A DNA stretch of 64,000 nt from Muribaculaceae bacterium (GCA_017451225.1 JAFSPZ010000025.1:10772-74771), one strand, 5' to 3'; shown: positions 31,086-41,904, counted from the first letter of the stretch. The notes: generated by a model not told the origin, from the sequence alone. Translations and numbers: made by a program.

Positions 31086-32342
31086 ATGGCCGAGAGCAAC
31101 TTCATCGATTACGTTAAGATATTGTGCCGCAGTGGGCATGGCGGAGCAGGTTCGAAGCATCTGCACCGCGCAAAGTATATACCCAAGGGAGGTCCCGACG
31201 GAGGTGACGGAGGCCGCGGCGGACACATATTCCTCAAGGGAAACCGCAACTTGTGGACGCTCATTCACCTCAAGTATCAGCGTCATATCTTCGCTACCGA
31301 CGGGGCGCCTGGCAGCGAGAACCAGTGCACCGGCAAGAAAGGCGAAGACCGCACTATTGAGGTGCCTTGCGGCACTGCAGTCTATGACGCCGAGACAGGA
31401 CAATTCTTGTGCGACGTGACCGAGCACGACCAAGTGGTGCGCCTATTAAAGGGCGGACGCGGCGGCTTGGGTAACGTACACTTCAAGACCGCTACCCGTC
31501 AAACTCCACGCTTTGCTCAACCTGGCGAAGATGGCGTGGAGAAATCCATCATCCTCGAGCTCAAGCTGCTCGCCGATGTAGGACTTGTGGGATTCCCCAA
31601 TGCCGGCAAATCGACACTGCTCTCGGTAATAAGCGCAGCCAAACCCAAAATCGCCAACTACCCCTTCACTACCCTTGAGCCAAATCTTGGCATCGTGAGC
31701 TATCGTGGCCAGCAGTCGTTTGTCATGGCCGACATACCTGGCATCATTGAGGGCGCCAGCGAGGGTAAAGGTTTGGGACTGAGATTCCTGCGTCACATAG
31801 AGCGCAACGCCGTGCTGCTGTTCATGGTGCCGAGCGACACCGACGACATCAAGCGCGAGTATGAAATTCTGAGCAACGAGCTCGCAACCTTCAACCCCGA
31901 CCTGGTGGAGAAGCCACGCGTGCTAGCCGTCACCAAGTGCGACCTCATCGACGAGGAGCTCAAAGAGATGCTGCGCGAGGGACTGCCCAGCGACGTGCCT
32001 GTGGTCTTCATCTCGAGCGTTGCACAGCAGGGCTTGACCGAGCTCAAAGACATCCTGTGGCGCACCATCAACGACGAGCACAACCGCATTCCCGACACTG
32101 TTGCGCTGCACGACCTCGACTCCCGCCACCGCGTGCAGGAAGAGGACGACTTCATCTTCGCCGCAATGGATCCCGACTATGACGAGATGCCCGACGCCGG
32201 CGGCAAGATGATTGTTGACGAGCAAGAGTGGGACGATGAATACTGGGCCGAGAAATATGAAGACCCCGACCGCGATTTCCAAATAGTTAACGAAGAACGA
32301 GAAATAAGAGATCAGAAATCAGATATCAGAGAGCAGAAATGA
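31086..32342 (+). CDS. obgE: GTPase ObgE/CgtA
   Basis: [49 protein letters not shown]. Confidence 0.96.
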   Translation: MAESNFIDYVKILCRSGHGGAGSKHLHRAKYIPKGGPDGGDGGRGGHIFLKGNRNLWTLIHLKYQRHIFATDGAPGSENQCTGKKGEDRTIEVPCGTAVYDAETGQFLCDVTEHDQVVRLLKGGRGGLGNVHFKTATRQTPRFAQPGEDGVEKSIILELKLLADVGLVGFPNAGKSTLLSVISAAKPKIANYPFTTLEPNLGIVSYRGQQSFVMADIPGIIEGASEGKGLGLRFLRHIERNAVLLFMVPSDTDDIKREYEILSNELATFNPDLVEKPRVLAVTKCDLIDEELKEMLREGLPSDVPVVFISSVAQQGLTELKDILWRTINDEHNRIPDTVALHDLDSRHRVQEEDDFIFAAMDPDYDEMPDAGGKMIVDEQEWDDEYWAEKYEDPDRDFQIVNEEREIRDQKSDIREQK

Positions 32343-32552
32343 GAAATCAGATATCAGAAACGAGATATCAGAAATCAGATATCAGAAACGAGAAACCAGA
32401 AACGAGAAACCAGAAACGAGATATCAGAATCGAGAAACTGACAACTGACAACTGACCTCTGACAACTGACCTCTGACATCTGACAACTGACATCTGACAA
32501 CTGACATCTGACAACTGACATCTGACAACTGACATCTGACAACTGACATCTC
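32305..32552. repeat. Two-armed heptamer tandem array overlapping the obgE 3' end
   Basis: GAAATCA/GATATCA/GAAACGA/GAAACCA units, then CTGACAA/CTGACAT/CTGACCT units. Confidence 0.9.
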
Positions 32553-32563
32553 AAAACAATTCA

Positions 32564-33151
32564 ATGGCTTTTGAAAAAATAAACATATGCGTCTTTGGCG
32601 CTTCTAGCCGCAACTTGGACAAAAGCTACGTTGAAGACTCTTACCTGCTGGGCACTCTCATGGCACAGCGAGGATGGAGATGCTTGAACGGTGCAGGCAG
32701 TGAGGGGTTGATGCGAGCAGTGAGCGACGGCGCACTCGATGCCGGGGGCGAAGCCATTGGTGTCATTCCGCAGTTCATGATTGACAACGGGTGGCACTAT
32801 GAGCGGCTCACAAGCATCATTGCCACACCCACCATGCACGAGCGCAAGAGCACTCTTGCACGCATGTCGCAAGCGGTGATTGCTCTCCCTGGCGGCTGCG
32901 GCACCATGGAAGAGCTTCTTGAAGCCATCACCTGGCGACAGCTCAACCTCATGCCCAAGCCCATTATCCTGCTCAACACACTGGGATTCTACGACAATTT
33001 GGTGGCAATGCTCAACCACGCCATTGAGCATGGTTTCATGAAAGCAAGCCACCACCGCTTGTGGAAGGTGGCTCAAACCCCAGCACAGGCCCTCGACATC
33101 ATCGAGCAAGAGCTATCACATGATATTGAGCCTGCCGAATCAAAATATTGA
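32564..33151 (+). CDS. LOG-family (TIGR00730) nucleotide phosphoribohydrolase
   Basis: ICVFGASS, GLM, GVIP, MHERK, ALPGGCGTMEEL. Confidence 0.9.
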   Translation: MAFEKINICVFGASSRNLDKSYVEDSYLLGTLMAQRGWRCLNGAGSEGLMRAVSDGALDAGGEAIGVIPQFMIDNGWHYERLTSIIATPTMHERKSTLARMSQAVIALPGGCGTMEELLEAITWRQLNLMPKPIILLNTLGFYDNLVAMLNHAIEHGFMKASHHRLWKVAQTPAQALDIIEQELSHDIEPAESKY

Positions 33152-34053
33152 CAACACACATCATGCCAAACGACAGCATTCATAACAACACCGACAGCAG
33201 CACAACATTAGCAGCCGATAGCGCTAACCATGCTACCGATACTGTGACAACAATACCCACCGTGCACCGTGCACAATATTTGAGCGGTTTCCCCAGCTAC
33301 GGAGGCAACGACATCTCGTTCCAACGCATTGACCAGATGCCAGTGCTCGAAGTGCCGGCAGCAGGCAACGCCCGCACTCACAACAGCTCTCCTCTGCACG
33401 ACACCGGCTCGATGATTATGTTCCTTCTCTCATGCCTGTTCTTGATTACCAGCTACCGTTTGGGACACATCTACATAGCCAACTTGATGCACAACATGTT
33501 CTCCATCAAGGGCAAGGATGACCTTTACAGCGACCACACCATGAGCGACACTCGCATTATCATCGCTCTGATTGTCAACACCTGCCTCATGGAGGGATTT
33601 CTCATGTTCTATGGACTATCGTGGTATAACCCGCAATTGACTCTGGCATTGCAGAGCTCGGTATTCCTGCATGTTTTTGTCTTGATACTATCGGCTGCAC
33701 TTTTCATTACCCTTCAGCTATTCTTGTACCGCTTGATTGGCTTTACTTTCAGCGACGACAAGCTCACCGAGCTGTGGGTGGGCGGTTTCCTGGCATCGCA
33801 AGCGACCCTGGGCCTACTGCTGTTTCCCATTGTGGTCATCACGCTTGTCTTTCCCTCAACTATCAAATCAATGCTTACGATAGCAATTACACTATACATT
33901 TTGGCTAGAATAGTATTTATTTGGAAAGGTTTTAGAATTTTTTTCAATAATTTCTCCTCTAGTATCTATTTTATTTTGTACCTTTGCGCCGTCGAAATTG
34001 TACCCCCTCTCCTGGCACTTGCCGGTACAGTTTATGTATGCAGCATATTATAA
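33148..34053 (+). CDS. DUF4271-like membrane protein
   Basis: Multi-TM protein ending YFILYLCAVEIVP; sits upstream of hemD, the usual Bacteroidales arrangement. Confidence 0.75.
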   Translation: MTTHIMPNDSIHNNTDSSTTLAADSANHATDTVTTIPTVHRAQYLSGFPSYGGNDISFQRIDQMPVLEVPAAGNARTHNSSPLHDTGSMIMFLLSCLFLITSYRLGHIYIANLMHNMFSIKGKDDLYSDHTMSDTRIIIALIVNTCLMEGFLMFYGLSWYNPQLTLALQSSVFLHVFVLILSAALFITLQLFLYRLIGFTFSDDKLTELWVGGFLASQATLGLLLFPIVVITLVFPSTIKSMLTIAITLYILARIVFIWKGFRIFFNNFSSSIYFILYLCAVEIVPPLLALAGTVYVCSIL

Positions 34054-34071
34054 ACAAAAATTATTGAAACA

Positions 34072-35037
34072 GTGAAGATTAAGAAAATCTTGGTTTCACA
34101 ACCGAAACCATCATCTGAAAAATCTCCGTATTTCGATTTGGAACGCAAGTATGGCGTTGAAGTGGTTTTCAGGCCATTCATCAAGATTGAGGGGTTGACT
34201 TCAAGAGAATTCCGCCAGTCAAAAATTCCCATCACCAACCATACTGCAGTGATATTCACCGCACGCACTGCTGTCGACCATTACTTCAGGCTTTGTAAAG
34301 AGCTGAGATTCAATGTGCCCGACACAATGAAATACTTCTGCGTGAGCGAAACAATAGCGCACTATCTGCAAAAGTATATCATCTACCGCAAGCGCAAGAT
34401 ATTCTATAGCGAGACTGGACATGCCGAGGCACTCCTTCCACTGCTTGCAAAGCACAACAAGGAGACCTATATCTACCCCATCAGCGACGTTCACGACCAA
34501 AAGCTGCACATCCCTGAGGACGGCAGCATCAAGTTCACCAAGGCTATTATGTACCGCACTGTGAGCAACGTGATTCGCAACGACGAGGAGTTTGACTACG
34601 ACATGATTATCCTCTTCACTCCATCGGGAGTGAAATCGCTCATGCAGAGCTTCCCCAACTTCAAGCAAGGCAACATTGCCATTGGAGCTATGGGCAACAA
34701 GACCATTGTTGAGCTCAAAAACAACGGATTGAGACTTGACTTGACCACCAGCCCCAAAGCGCCATCTATTGCTGCTGCTATGGATCAGTACATCAAGGAA
34801 CATCTTGATGACCCCGAAGAGGAGCGCATCGTACAAGAAAGATTCTCTGATGACAATAAGCCAAAACCAGAACCCAAGCCCGAGCCCAAAACAGAAATAA
34901 AGCCCGAGCAACCCAAGGTTGAAGCAAAGAAAGCTCCAGCAAAGAAGGCTCCAGCGGCTAAAAAGGCTCCTGCAAAGAAAGCTGTAACCAAGAAGGCTGC
35001 AACAGCCAAGAAAACCACCAAGAAGGCCGAGAAATAA
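34072..35037 (+). CDS. hemD: Uroporphyrinogen-III synthase (Bacteroidetes HemD) with Lys/Ala-rich tail
   Basis: MKIKKILVSQPKP.SEKSPY, FRPFIK, YLQKYI.YRKRK, MYRTVSN. Confidence 0.85.
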   Translation: MKIKKILVSQPKPSSEKSPYFDLERKYGVEVVFRPFIKIEGLTSREFRQSKIPITNHTAVIFTARTAVDHYFRLCKELRFNVPDTMKYFCVSETIAHYLQKYIIYRKRKIFYSETGHAEALLPLLAKHNKETYIYPISDVHDQKLHIPEDGSIKFTKAIMYRTVSNVIRNDEEFDYDMIILFTPSGVKSLMQSFPNFKQGNIAIGAMGNKTIVELKNNGLRLDLTTSPKAPSIAAAMDQYIKEHLDDPEEERIVQERFSDDNKPKPEPKPEPKTEIKPEQPKVEAKKAPAKKAPAAKKAPAKKAVTKKAATAKKTTKKAEK

Positions 35038-35060
35038 AACAATATCTCAATATACACACT

Positions 35061-35105
35061 CTACTCCCCAGAACACACATGCTCAACAGTTGTTCTGGGG
35101 AGTAG
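35061..35105. terminator. Bidirectional intrinsic terminator
   Basis: 15-bp inverted repeat CTACTCCCCAGAACA/TGTTCTGGGGAGTAG. Confidence 0.8.
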
Positions 35106-35132
35106 TATTTTATAGGAGAGTGCCCAGTGTGT

Positions 35133-36686
35133 TTAGAACTGGAAATAGATGAACGGCTGTATTTCGCTCGTCTTAATCTGGACGATGATGAAAATCAAGA
35201 CAATGAGTGCAACAGCATAGAGTGCGATGGGCATCTTGACGAAGGCTTCCTTGCAGCGCTGGCTCAACGAGTCGGGCACAAAGTGCAGAACATACCCCAG
35301 CACAATGAGAACCATCACTTGCCAGTAACCACCAACAACTTCCAGTAGCAGCTCGGGATGCAAACTTGTTGTTATTTGCGATAGCATTATGCCCAAATTG
35401 CCCCAATTGCCACCATGGAAGAGTCCGTCCCAAGTGATATCGGCATTACGGAACAGCATCCAGGCAAAAATTACAAAGTGGAATGTCACAATGGTCATAA
35501 CCACGTTCCACCACTTGGCAGTTATAACGTTCCAACCGCGGCTCACAGTCATCCACAGTTTATGTACAATGAGAGCCAAACCATGCAGCGCACCCCAGAA
35601 GATGAAGTTGAGCGATGCGCCATGCCACAAGCCTCCCAGCAGCATTGTGACAAACAGGTTTACATACTGCCTGAACTTGCCCTTGCGGTTGCCACCCAGC
35701 GAAATATAGAGATAATCCCGCAGCCAAGTGCTCAGCGAGATGTGCCAGCGACGCCAAAAGTCGGTAACCGACACTGCCTTGTAGGGATTGTTGAAGTTGA
35801 TGTTGAACCTGAATCCCATAAGCAACGCCAGTCCAATCGCCATGTCGCTGTAGCCCGAGAAATCGCAGTAAATCTGCAATCCATAGCCATAAGCTCCAAG
35901 CAGATTCTCGATACCGCTGAACTGCACAGGGTTGTCAAAGACTCGGTCCACAAAGTTTATGCTGATGAAATCGCTAATCACAGCCTTCTTGAAAAGACCC
36001 GTAACAATGAACCAGAATCCTGTTCCGAGCATCTCGCGGGTAACCTTGAGAGGCTTGTACATCTGCGGCAGGAAGTCGCTCGCTCTTACAATGGGACCAG
36101 CCACCAGTTGAGGGAAGAACGACACATAGAACGCATAGTCGAGCAAGTTGTCGACAGGCTTGATTTTGCGGCGGTACACATCGATGATATAACTCAACGA
36201 CTGGAAAGTGAAGAACGAGATGCCCACCGGCAGGAAAATATCAAGGTCGTGCCATGGTGCACCGGTTATATTTCCAAATATCTGACCAAAGAAGTTGGTG
36301 TACTTGAAATATCCAAGCAATCCCAAGTCGACCAACAAGCTCAAGGCAACTAGCATCTTGCGCACCCACTGCGTGCGCGACATCGACAGGCACTCGCCAA
36401 TGATGTAGTCGCTGCATGTGACAATGGCTATCAAGAAAAAGTACAAGCCACTGGTCTTATAATAGAAGAAATAACTGAACGCAACTACAAAAAGAGTGCG
36501 AGCAAGTGACTTCTTGCTGAGAAGGCTATATATGACAATGAAAATGGCAAACATGAACAAGAAGAGGCCGCTCGAGAAAATGAGTGGCGACTTCTCGTCA
36601 TAGACGAGCTGGTGCAAGAGCAGCGACGGGTCGATAGTGCCAAACTGCAGCTTAAAGAAACTCAATATGCTATTCCAAAAATCCAT
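35133..36686 (-). CDS. MBOAT O-acyltransferase (AlgI/PatA-like)
   Basis: LPVGISFFTFQSLSY, FFPQLVAGPIVR, DFSGYSDMAIG, FWRRWHISLS, GLWHGA, PFIYFQF. Confidence 0.92.
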   Translation of the reverse strand: MDFWNSILSFFKLQFGTIDPSLLLHQLVYDEKSPLIFSSGLFLFMFAIFIVIYSLLSKKSLARTLFVVAFSYFFYYKTSGLYFFLIAIVTCSDYIIGECLSMSRTQWVRKMLVALSLLVDLGLLGYFKYTNFFGQIFGNITGAPWHDLDIFLPVGISFFTFQSLSYIIDVYRRKIKPVDNLLDYAFYVSFFPQLVAGPIVRASDFLPQMYKPLKVTREMLGTGFWFIVTGLFKKAVISDFISINFVDRVFDNPVQFSGIENLLGAYGYGLQIYCDFSGYSDMAIGLALLMGFRFNINFNNPYKAVSVTDFWRRWHISLSTWLRDYLYISLGGNRKGKFRQYVNLFVTMLLGGLWHGASLNFIFWGALHGLALIVHKLWMTVSRGWNVITAKWWNVVMTIVTFHFVIFAWMLFRNADITWDGLFHGGNWGNLGIMLSQITTSLHPELLLEVVGGYWQVMVLIVLGYVLHFVPDSLSQRCKEAFVKMPIALYAVALIVLIFIIVQIKTSEIQPFIYFQF

Positions 36687-36701
36687 TACAATCTATCCCA
36701 A

Positions 36702-38168
36702 TTATCTGTTTTCATAACCCAGCATGAGGGCGTCATACAAGTAGCGCGCTATGCGGTCTCCACCCTTGTAGGTGATATGGGTATAATCCTTGCTCGCCTC
36801 GCCACGGCTCACCATCTGCACAATGCTGCCTTCGCCTCCCATTGCCGAGTAGAGGTCCCAAAAGGCCACGTTGCAGTCGATTGCCACACGTTTCTGCGCC
36901 TGGATTAGTCCCAGCACACCTTTCATTGTGTGCCAACCAGTGCTAGTGCGCTCCTCACGGTCGCTGCATCCCACCACGAGCACGCTTGTGCCGGGCATGT
37001 TGTTCTTTATGTTATTGATAGCTCCTGCCACGGTCTTGCAATAGGCGGTGTAGGCACTGTTGTTGTGTCCCGCTACGTTTAGTCCATACATGATGATTAC
37101 CAAGTCGTAACGACGAGCCTGGTTGAAAGCGCTCATCATGCTTGCTGGCACTCTGCTCAGGTGCTGACCGCTCGACGAACGCATAGCAAGGTTGTCGACT
37201 ATAACGCCGTTTTCGCTGTCCATCGACGTTCCCAGGAACACCATGTTTCCTGGCTCACGCACCACCCATTTCACATTCTTGATGTTGCCATACACTGTGG
37301 CATGACCCACAACACCATTGGCCGATAGTGGAAAATAGGTGGAGTCGGCACCATTTACCACAGCAGTCACATAGCCCGAACCTGCGCCGCCCAGGAAGTA
37401 GAACGTAGAGCTGGAGCAAGAACCAGCATGAGGATAAGACGAGCCCAGGCCAGCCAAGTTGACCCATGCGCCATTGCTGGCATTGAAATAATTGCCGGTG
37501 AGATTGTTATAGGTATCAACATAGCCGCTGCGGTCAACGGCCTTGTGCTGAGTCCAGCCTTTGAAAGTTTGACGACAGGTACGGCTGAAGCTGGCAGTTA
37601 TTGTGGTCATGGGCAAGTAGCCCACTCCCTTGCCACCAAATCGCTGCTGCAGCAGCTCTCGGAGCTTGGAAGTCATGATGTCGCCCTCGATAAACGAATC
37701 GCCAATCACAGCAATCCTCACAGGCCTGTACTGAGCCTGTGCAAGCGCTTCATAAAATGCAGCCATGCCGCCACTGGCGCCGTCGCTCATGTCGATGATG
37801 CTTGTCACGCCACTCTTTGTCTCGGTAACCTCGGCTTTAGCGTTTATAATGGAGTCTTCCATCGTGATGAGCTTGCCGCTCTTCTTGTCAACAGTGAGGT
37901 GCGAACCTTCAAGCACGGGAGGCACCGAGTCGGGAAGTTCGTCACCGTCATGGACGGCCGTGTCGGGATTTTCAACCACCTTAGCCAGAGTTGAGTCGCT
38001 GGCTATGAGCTGGCTCACTGCCGAGTCACTCCTGACGTCGCTGAGCAAGTCGACCTTGCGCATAGACCATCCTCCCACCGAAAACGATGGAATCCAGTAC
38101 ATGGTCAGCAAAACCAGCACTACTGCCAGAACCACAAGAGGAACTTTTGTTAGATAGTTTTTCTCCAT
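36702..38168 (-). CDS. SGNH/GDSL periplasmic O-acetyltransferase/esterase (PatB/Ape-like)
   Basis: N-terminal TM; GDSF, YGLN, DYTH catalytic blocks; adjacent to the MBOAT gene. Confidence 0.8.
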   Translation of the reverse strand: MEKNYLTKVPLVVLAVVLVLLTMYWIPSFSVGGWSMRKVDLLSDVRSDSAVSQLIASDSTLAKVVENPDTAVHDGDELPDSVPPVLEGSHLTVDKKSGKLITMEDSIINAKAEVTETKSGVTSIIDMSDGASGGMAAFYEALAQAQYRPVRIAVIGDSFIEGDIMTSKLRELLQQRFGGKGVGYLPMTTITASFSRTCRQTFKGWTQHKAVDRSGYVDTYNNLTGNYFNASNGAWVNLAGLGSSYPHAGSCSSSTFYFLGGAGSGYVTAVVNGADSTYFPLSANGVVGHATVYGNIKNVKWVVREPGNMVFLGTSMDSENGVIVDNLAMRSSSGQHLSRVPASMMSAFNQARRYDLVIIMYGLNVAGHNNSAYTAYCKTVAGAINNIKNNMPGTSVLVVGCSDREERTSTGWHTMKGVLGLIQAQKRVAIDCNVAFWDLYSAMGGEGSIVQMVSRGEASKDYTHITYKGGDRIARYLYDALMLGYENR

Positions 38169-38261
38169 TTACCCTAAAAACAAGCATTCTATAAATTCAC
38201 TTGAGCTTATGCTTAATGCTTGCAGCAAGCGATTTACAGAACGCCTTAAACTCAAATGCCG

Positions 38262-38332
38262 TGCAAAATTAGTGCAAGTTGAGTGAAATAACAAATTTAT
38301 TTGAGTATTTCCGAGGCGCAGCCTAATTTATC
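38262..38332. repeat. 71-bp dispersed palindromic element, copy 1
   Basis: 61/71 identical to 57794-57864 by manual alignment. Confidence 0.8.
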
Positions 38333-38442
38333 CAAAATTACTGCAAACCTTGAGAAAAACCAAAATTGTTCTATGTTTTTTATTTTAGTTCAACAAGATA
38401 GAACTAAAAAGTGGATATCAAAAAAACTTTTCCACTAAAAAA

Positions 38443-39020
38443 TCAATTTTCAATATCTAAATCCTCCATAACACCTATCGTATCTTCATTTTCATCTTCA
38501 AATACCAAGTCAAAAGTAATGCCGTCATTATCAGGGTCCCAATCCGATGCTACCAATTCATAATAGGGCAAGAACAGAAGTGCTACGTTATCTTTATAAT
38601 TGTTAGACGTGGGCTTAAAACGCAAGTAGGTTACCAATATATCTCCATCACTGTCAAGAACAGGTGTTTCATTGTCTCCTTCATAGACATAGATGCAGAT
38701 GTAAGTAGTTTTATTCTTGCGATTTTTTATATCAAAATCAACAAAAAATGCAATACCCTTATCTCCTTCTTCATCCACATATTCAGCATCCACCGAATAA
38801 CCATTTAATATTATCTCGGTAGAAGCAGGTTTTTTCTTTCTTGAAGTAGTATTATTTTTACGCACTGGTTTATTCGTGCGTCTGCTGCTAGACCTGTGCG
38901 TAGTACTACTCGAAGATGATTTGTGCCTTGTCACATCTCGATTTTGTGCAGTAATCTCAGGCACAAAACCTATCATAGCCACAGAAGCATCAACAACAAT
39001 TTTTTAAAACAATTATTCAT
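38443..39020 (-). CDS. Hypothetical exported protein, frameshifted in the signal peptide near 38983
   Basis: ATG 39020 (MNNCFKKLLLMLL) is one base out of frame with VAMIGFVPEITAQNRDVTRH...; paralogue of the next gene. Confidence 0.65.
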
Positions 39021-39073
39021 GGCTTAATTCTTTAATAATTTCTTTATATTATTATCCCTAAAAAATTCACTGT

Positions 39074-39705
39074 TTAATAATCCAAATCCTCAATTCCTCC
39101 CATTATTTCACCATATTCGTCAACAAACAGCAGGTCAAAAGTGAGACCATCCTTATCAGGGTCCCAATTGACCGAGTTTTCCAAATCATAGTGAGTAATC
39201 ATCAGCTGGGCCCTCGAGGTGAGCGTGAAATTGGTCTCTGGCACAAAAGGAAAACAAACCAGCAAAGGATCTCCCAAGCAGTTGAGAATCTTGGTCTGGT
39301 TATCACCCTTTAAGGCATAAATATAAATGGATGTGCTCTTGCCGCCACGGTTTTTTACCGTGAAATCAATGTTGAAGATATAGCACAGAGAGCCGTCACT
39401 CCGGCGGTAATTGGGATTCACACTGTAACGGAGCAAAGTGATGGGCGCATCGGCCTGCTTTGCTTTCGAGCTCGTTGCTTTACGGCCCGACGGGGTGCAG
39501 TGGTCTTGGGAGCAACTTTTGTCGAGGTCTTGGAGGGAGACTTGGAGGAAGTTTTGGGAGTCGCTTGCTTGCTAGTAGATGGTTTTGAAGAGCCCTGACT
39601 TTGATGACGTGTAGCGTCTTTATATTGTGCCATCATGCACGTCACAGTCAAGCACGCAAGAAGCATGACAAAAAACCTCTTGCTGCAGTTGATGTATCTT
39701 TTCAT
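39074..39705 (-). CDS. Hypothetical exported protein split by a frameshift near 39492
   Basis: ORFs 39418-39705 and 39074-39436 join if one C is added in a C4 run; shares AQ..D.TRH and WDPD.DG.TFDL.F.DE with 38443-39020. Confidence 0.65.
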
Positions 39706-39788
39706 TCTTACTACAATTTATAAGCCTTAAGAATAATACCACCCTCCACATCTTTTATTCCTAGACATTTAGATGGCAAGCAAATTAA

Positions 39789-41663
39789 TTATCTCTTATC
39801 TTTACCTTCCTCAACTCTATAATAAACCCTACCATCTTTTTTATACCACACACCGTTGTGGAAGTCTCCATCCCGGGCAGTGCCCTTAAAATAGTATCCG
39901 TCTTTTTGGGTATAGACACAATCTCCTTCATAATGGTCATTCTTGAAACTACCCTCATAGACATCGCCCTTGCTTTGACCACTCTTGGTGATGACGAACT
40001 TGCAGCTGTCGCCTTCTCTGATTCCGTCTTTGTAAGGACCTTCGTAGGTTCCCATATCATATTCTCCTTTCCCAATTCCGTTAGGCTTACCGTCAACAAT
40101 GGGTCCTGTGTATTTAAATGAAATCACGGTGTCTTTGGAATTGATTGACATCAACGAGTCGGTAACCATGGTTGTGTCGGCTGCCGAAGGCCCTGGGAAT
40201 ACGTCCTTAAGACCTCCCAGCGTCTTGCTGTCTTTAAAGAAGAAGTAATAAAGCATCAATGCCGCTAGAATCAACGTCAGGAAGAACGCTATGATGCCAT
40301 AAAGAGTGGCACGGCTCTTGGGTTGAATGGGCTCGGTTTGATAACCGTCAAAATGTGGCGACGTCTCAGCCACCTCACTCGCTGGCACTCCAGTGTAAGG
40401 CCTCTCCACAGCTGCTGCTCCACGATTGTTATCGACTGAATAGGCATTTTCGGCTCCAGGAAGTGAAGGAACGCTTGCCCCGCCTCCCATTGGAACTGTA
40501 ACACCGCTCTCGTCGCTGGGCTGAGGATACTGTGGATAGTCGGGCCCAACAATTGCTCCAACGCCTGCATAGGGAGCGCCACCACCATAGATGTTGCCTG
40601 CTGGTGCAGGTGCAGGTTGATTTATCGAGCCTATGGTCGTAGCAGGGTCATCGCCAGAAGCAGGCGCAGCTGGCATGGGTGGTGTGGAGACCGCTGCAGG
40701 TGGCATGGGGTCTGGCATGGGCTCTGGCATGAGCTCTGGCTCTGACTTTGGTGCAGGATTCAGATTCAAGAACTTTCTCACCTCATCCACGTTCTTGGGA
40801 CGGTTGTCGGTCTTGATGTTCATCATCCACATCACGAGCTTCTTGAAGTCTTCTCGAGTGCCTGGATAGAAATGGAACGCATTGGCTCCATCATTGTTTA
40901 TTGCCGAGGTGCTGGGCGGTTTTTGATTGGTGGCGAGATTGTAAAGTGTGGCACCCAATGAGAAAAGATCGGTCGATGGACCAATTTTCTTGTAATCGCC
41001 ATCTTTGAGCTCCACAGGAGCATAGTTGGTGGTGAACGACAGGCTCGTTATAGAGATATCGCCCGAGCTGGGGTCGATTTGCTTAGTAGAGCCAAAATCG
41101 ATTATCAGCACATTGCCGTTAACGTCAACCATGAGATTGCTGGGCTTGATGTCGAGGTGAAGCATCTTGCTCTTGTGCATCACGTCAAGAGCGTCAAGAA
41201 CCTGAGGCAGCAATGTGTCCATGAGCCAACTAGTGTCGAATGGCGCATTCTGACGCTTGAGCATGTCGGAGAAAGAGCTTCCGTTCACATATTGCATCAC
41301 ATAGTAGGAAGTGTTGTTCTCGTCAAACGAGTCATGAACCTTTACAATGTGAGGATTATCTTTCTTTCCCAGGATGTAAAGACGCTTAGCCTCGCGCTTG
41401 AACACATTGCGCAGTTTGTTAAACTGCTCAACATTCTGGCTGTTGCTCACACTTATGCTAGGCATGCCCATGTTGCGGTGAGAGATGCCTTTCATGTAAA
41501 ACTCCTTGATAGCTACTTGCTCGCCAAACTCTACGTTAGTGGCCACGTAAGTATTTCCAAAGCTGCCACTTGCCAGGTAGGCATCAATGCGATAAATGCC
41601 TCGCAACATGGTCCCCACCTGCAACATTTCACGATTGTCAACTGTGTTGATTGCCATATACAA
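39789..41663 (-). CDS. Membrane Hanks-type Ser/Thr protein kinase with MORN-like extracytoplasmic repeats
   Basis: LASGSFGNTY, VAIKE, HLDIKPSN, DFG, YAPVE, DLFSLG; Pro-rich linker, TM helix, then YEG.(F/Y)K.(G/D) repeats. Confidence 0.93.
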   Translation of the reverse strand: MYMAINTVDNREMLQVGTMLRGIYRIDAYLASGSFGNTYVATNVEFGEQVAIKEFYMKGISHRNMGMPSISVSNSQNVEQFNKLRNVFKREAKRLYILGKKDNPHIVKVHDSFDENNTSYYVMQYVNGSSFSDMLKRQNAPFDTSWLMDTLLPQVLDALDVMHKSKMLHLDIKPSNLMVDVNGNVLIIDFGSTKQIDPSSGDISITSLSFTTNYAPVELKDGDYKKIGPSTDLFSLGATLYNLATNQKPPSTSAINNDGANAFHFYPGTREDFKKLVMWMMNIKTDNRPKNVDEVRKFLNLNPAPKSEPELMPEPMPDPMPPAAVSTPPMPAAPASGDDPATTIGSINQPAPAPAGNIYGGGAPYAGVGAIVGPDYPQYPQPSDESGVTVPMGGGASVPSLPGAENAYSVDNNRGAAAVERPYTGVPASEVAETSPHFDGYQTEPIQPKSRATLYGIIAFFLTLILAALMLYYFFFKDSKTLGGLKDVFPGPSAADTTMVTDSLMSINSKDTVISFKYTGPIVDGKPNGIGKGEYDMGTYEGPYKDGIREGDSCKFVITKSGQSKGDVYEGSFKNDHYEGDCVYTQKDGYYFKGTARDGDFHNGVWYKKDGRVYYRVEEGKDKR

Positions 41664-41848
41664 TATTCAGGTTTTATATTAATCGGTAATGGTTAACAAA
41701 ATCACTAAAGTGAAAATACAGCCCTAAAAGGCACATATTGCTGAAAATCAGCAATTTCACCACATTATAAACAAAAAGGGCACAACTATACAATACAAAA
41801 TTAAGAAAAAAAACTCACATTTATAATTTTTTAGTAGAAAATAATCAC

Positions 41849-41881
41849 AAAAAAGCACCACAAGCCAACGCTTGTGGTGCT
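41849..41881 (-). terminator. Intrinsic terminator after kinase 41905-44064
   Basis: AGCACCACAAGC/GCTTGTGGTGCT hairpin with a U-run on the minus strand. Confidence 0.8.
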
Positions 41882-41904
41882 ATAAAATTATTTCTCTATT
41901 TGTC

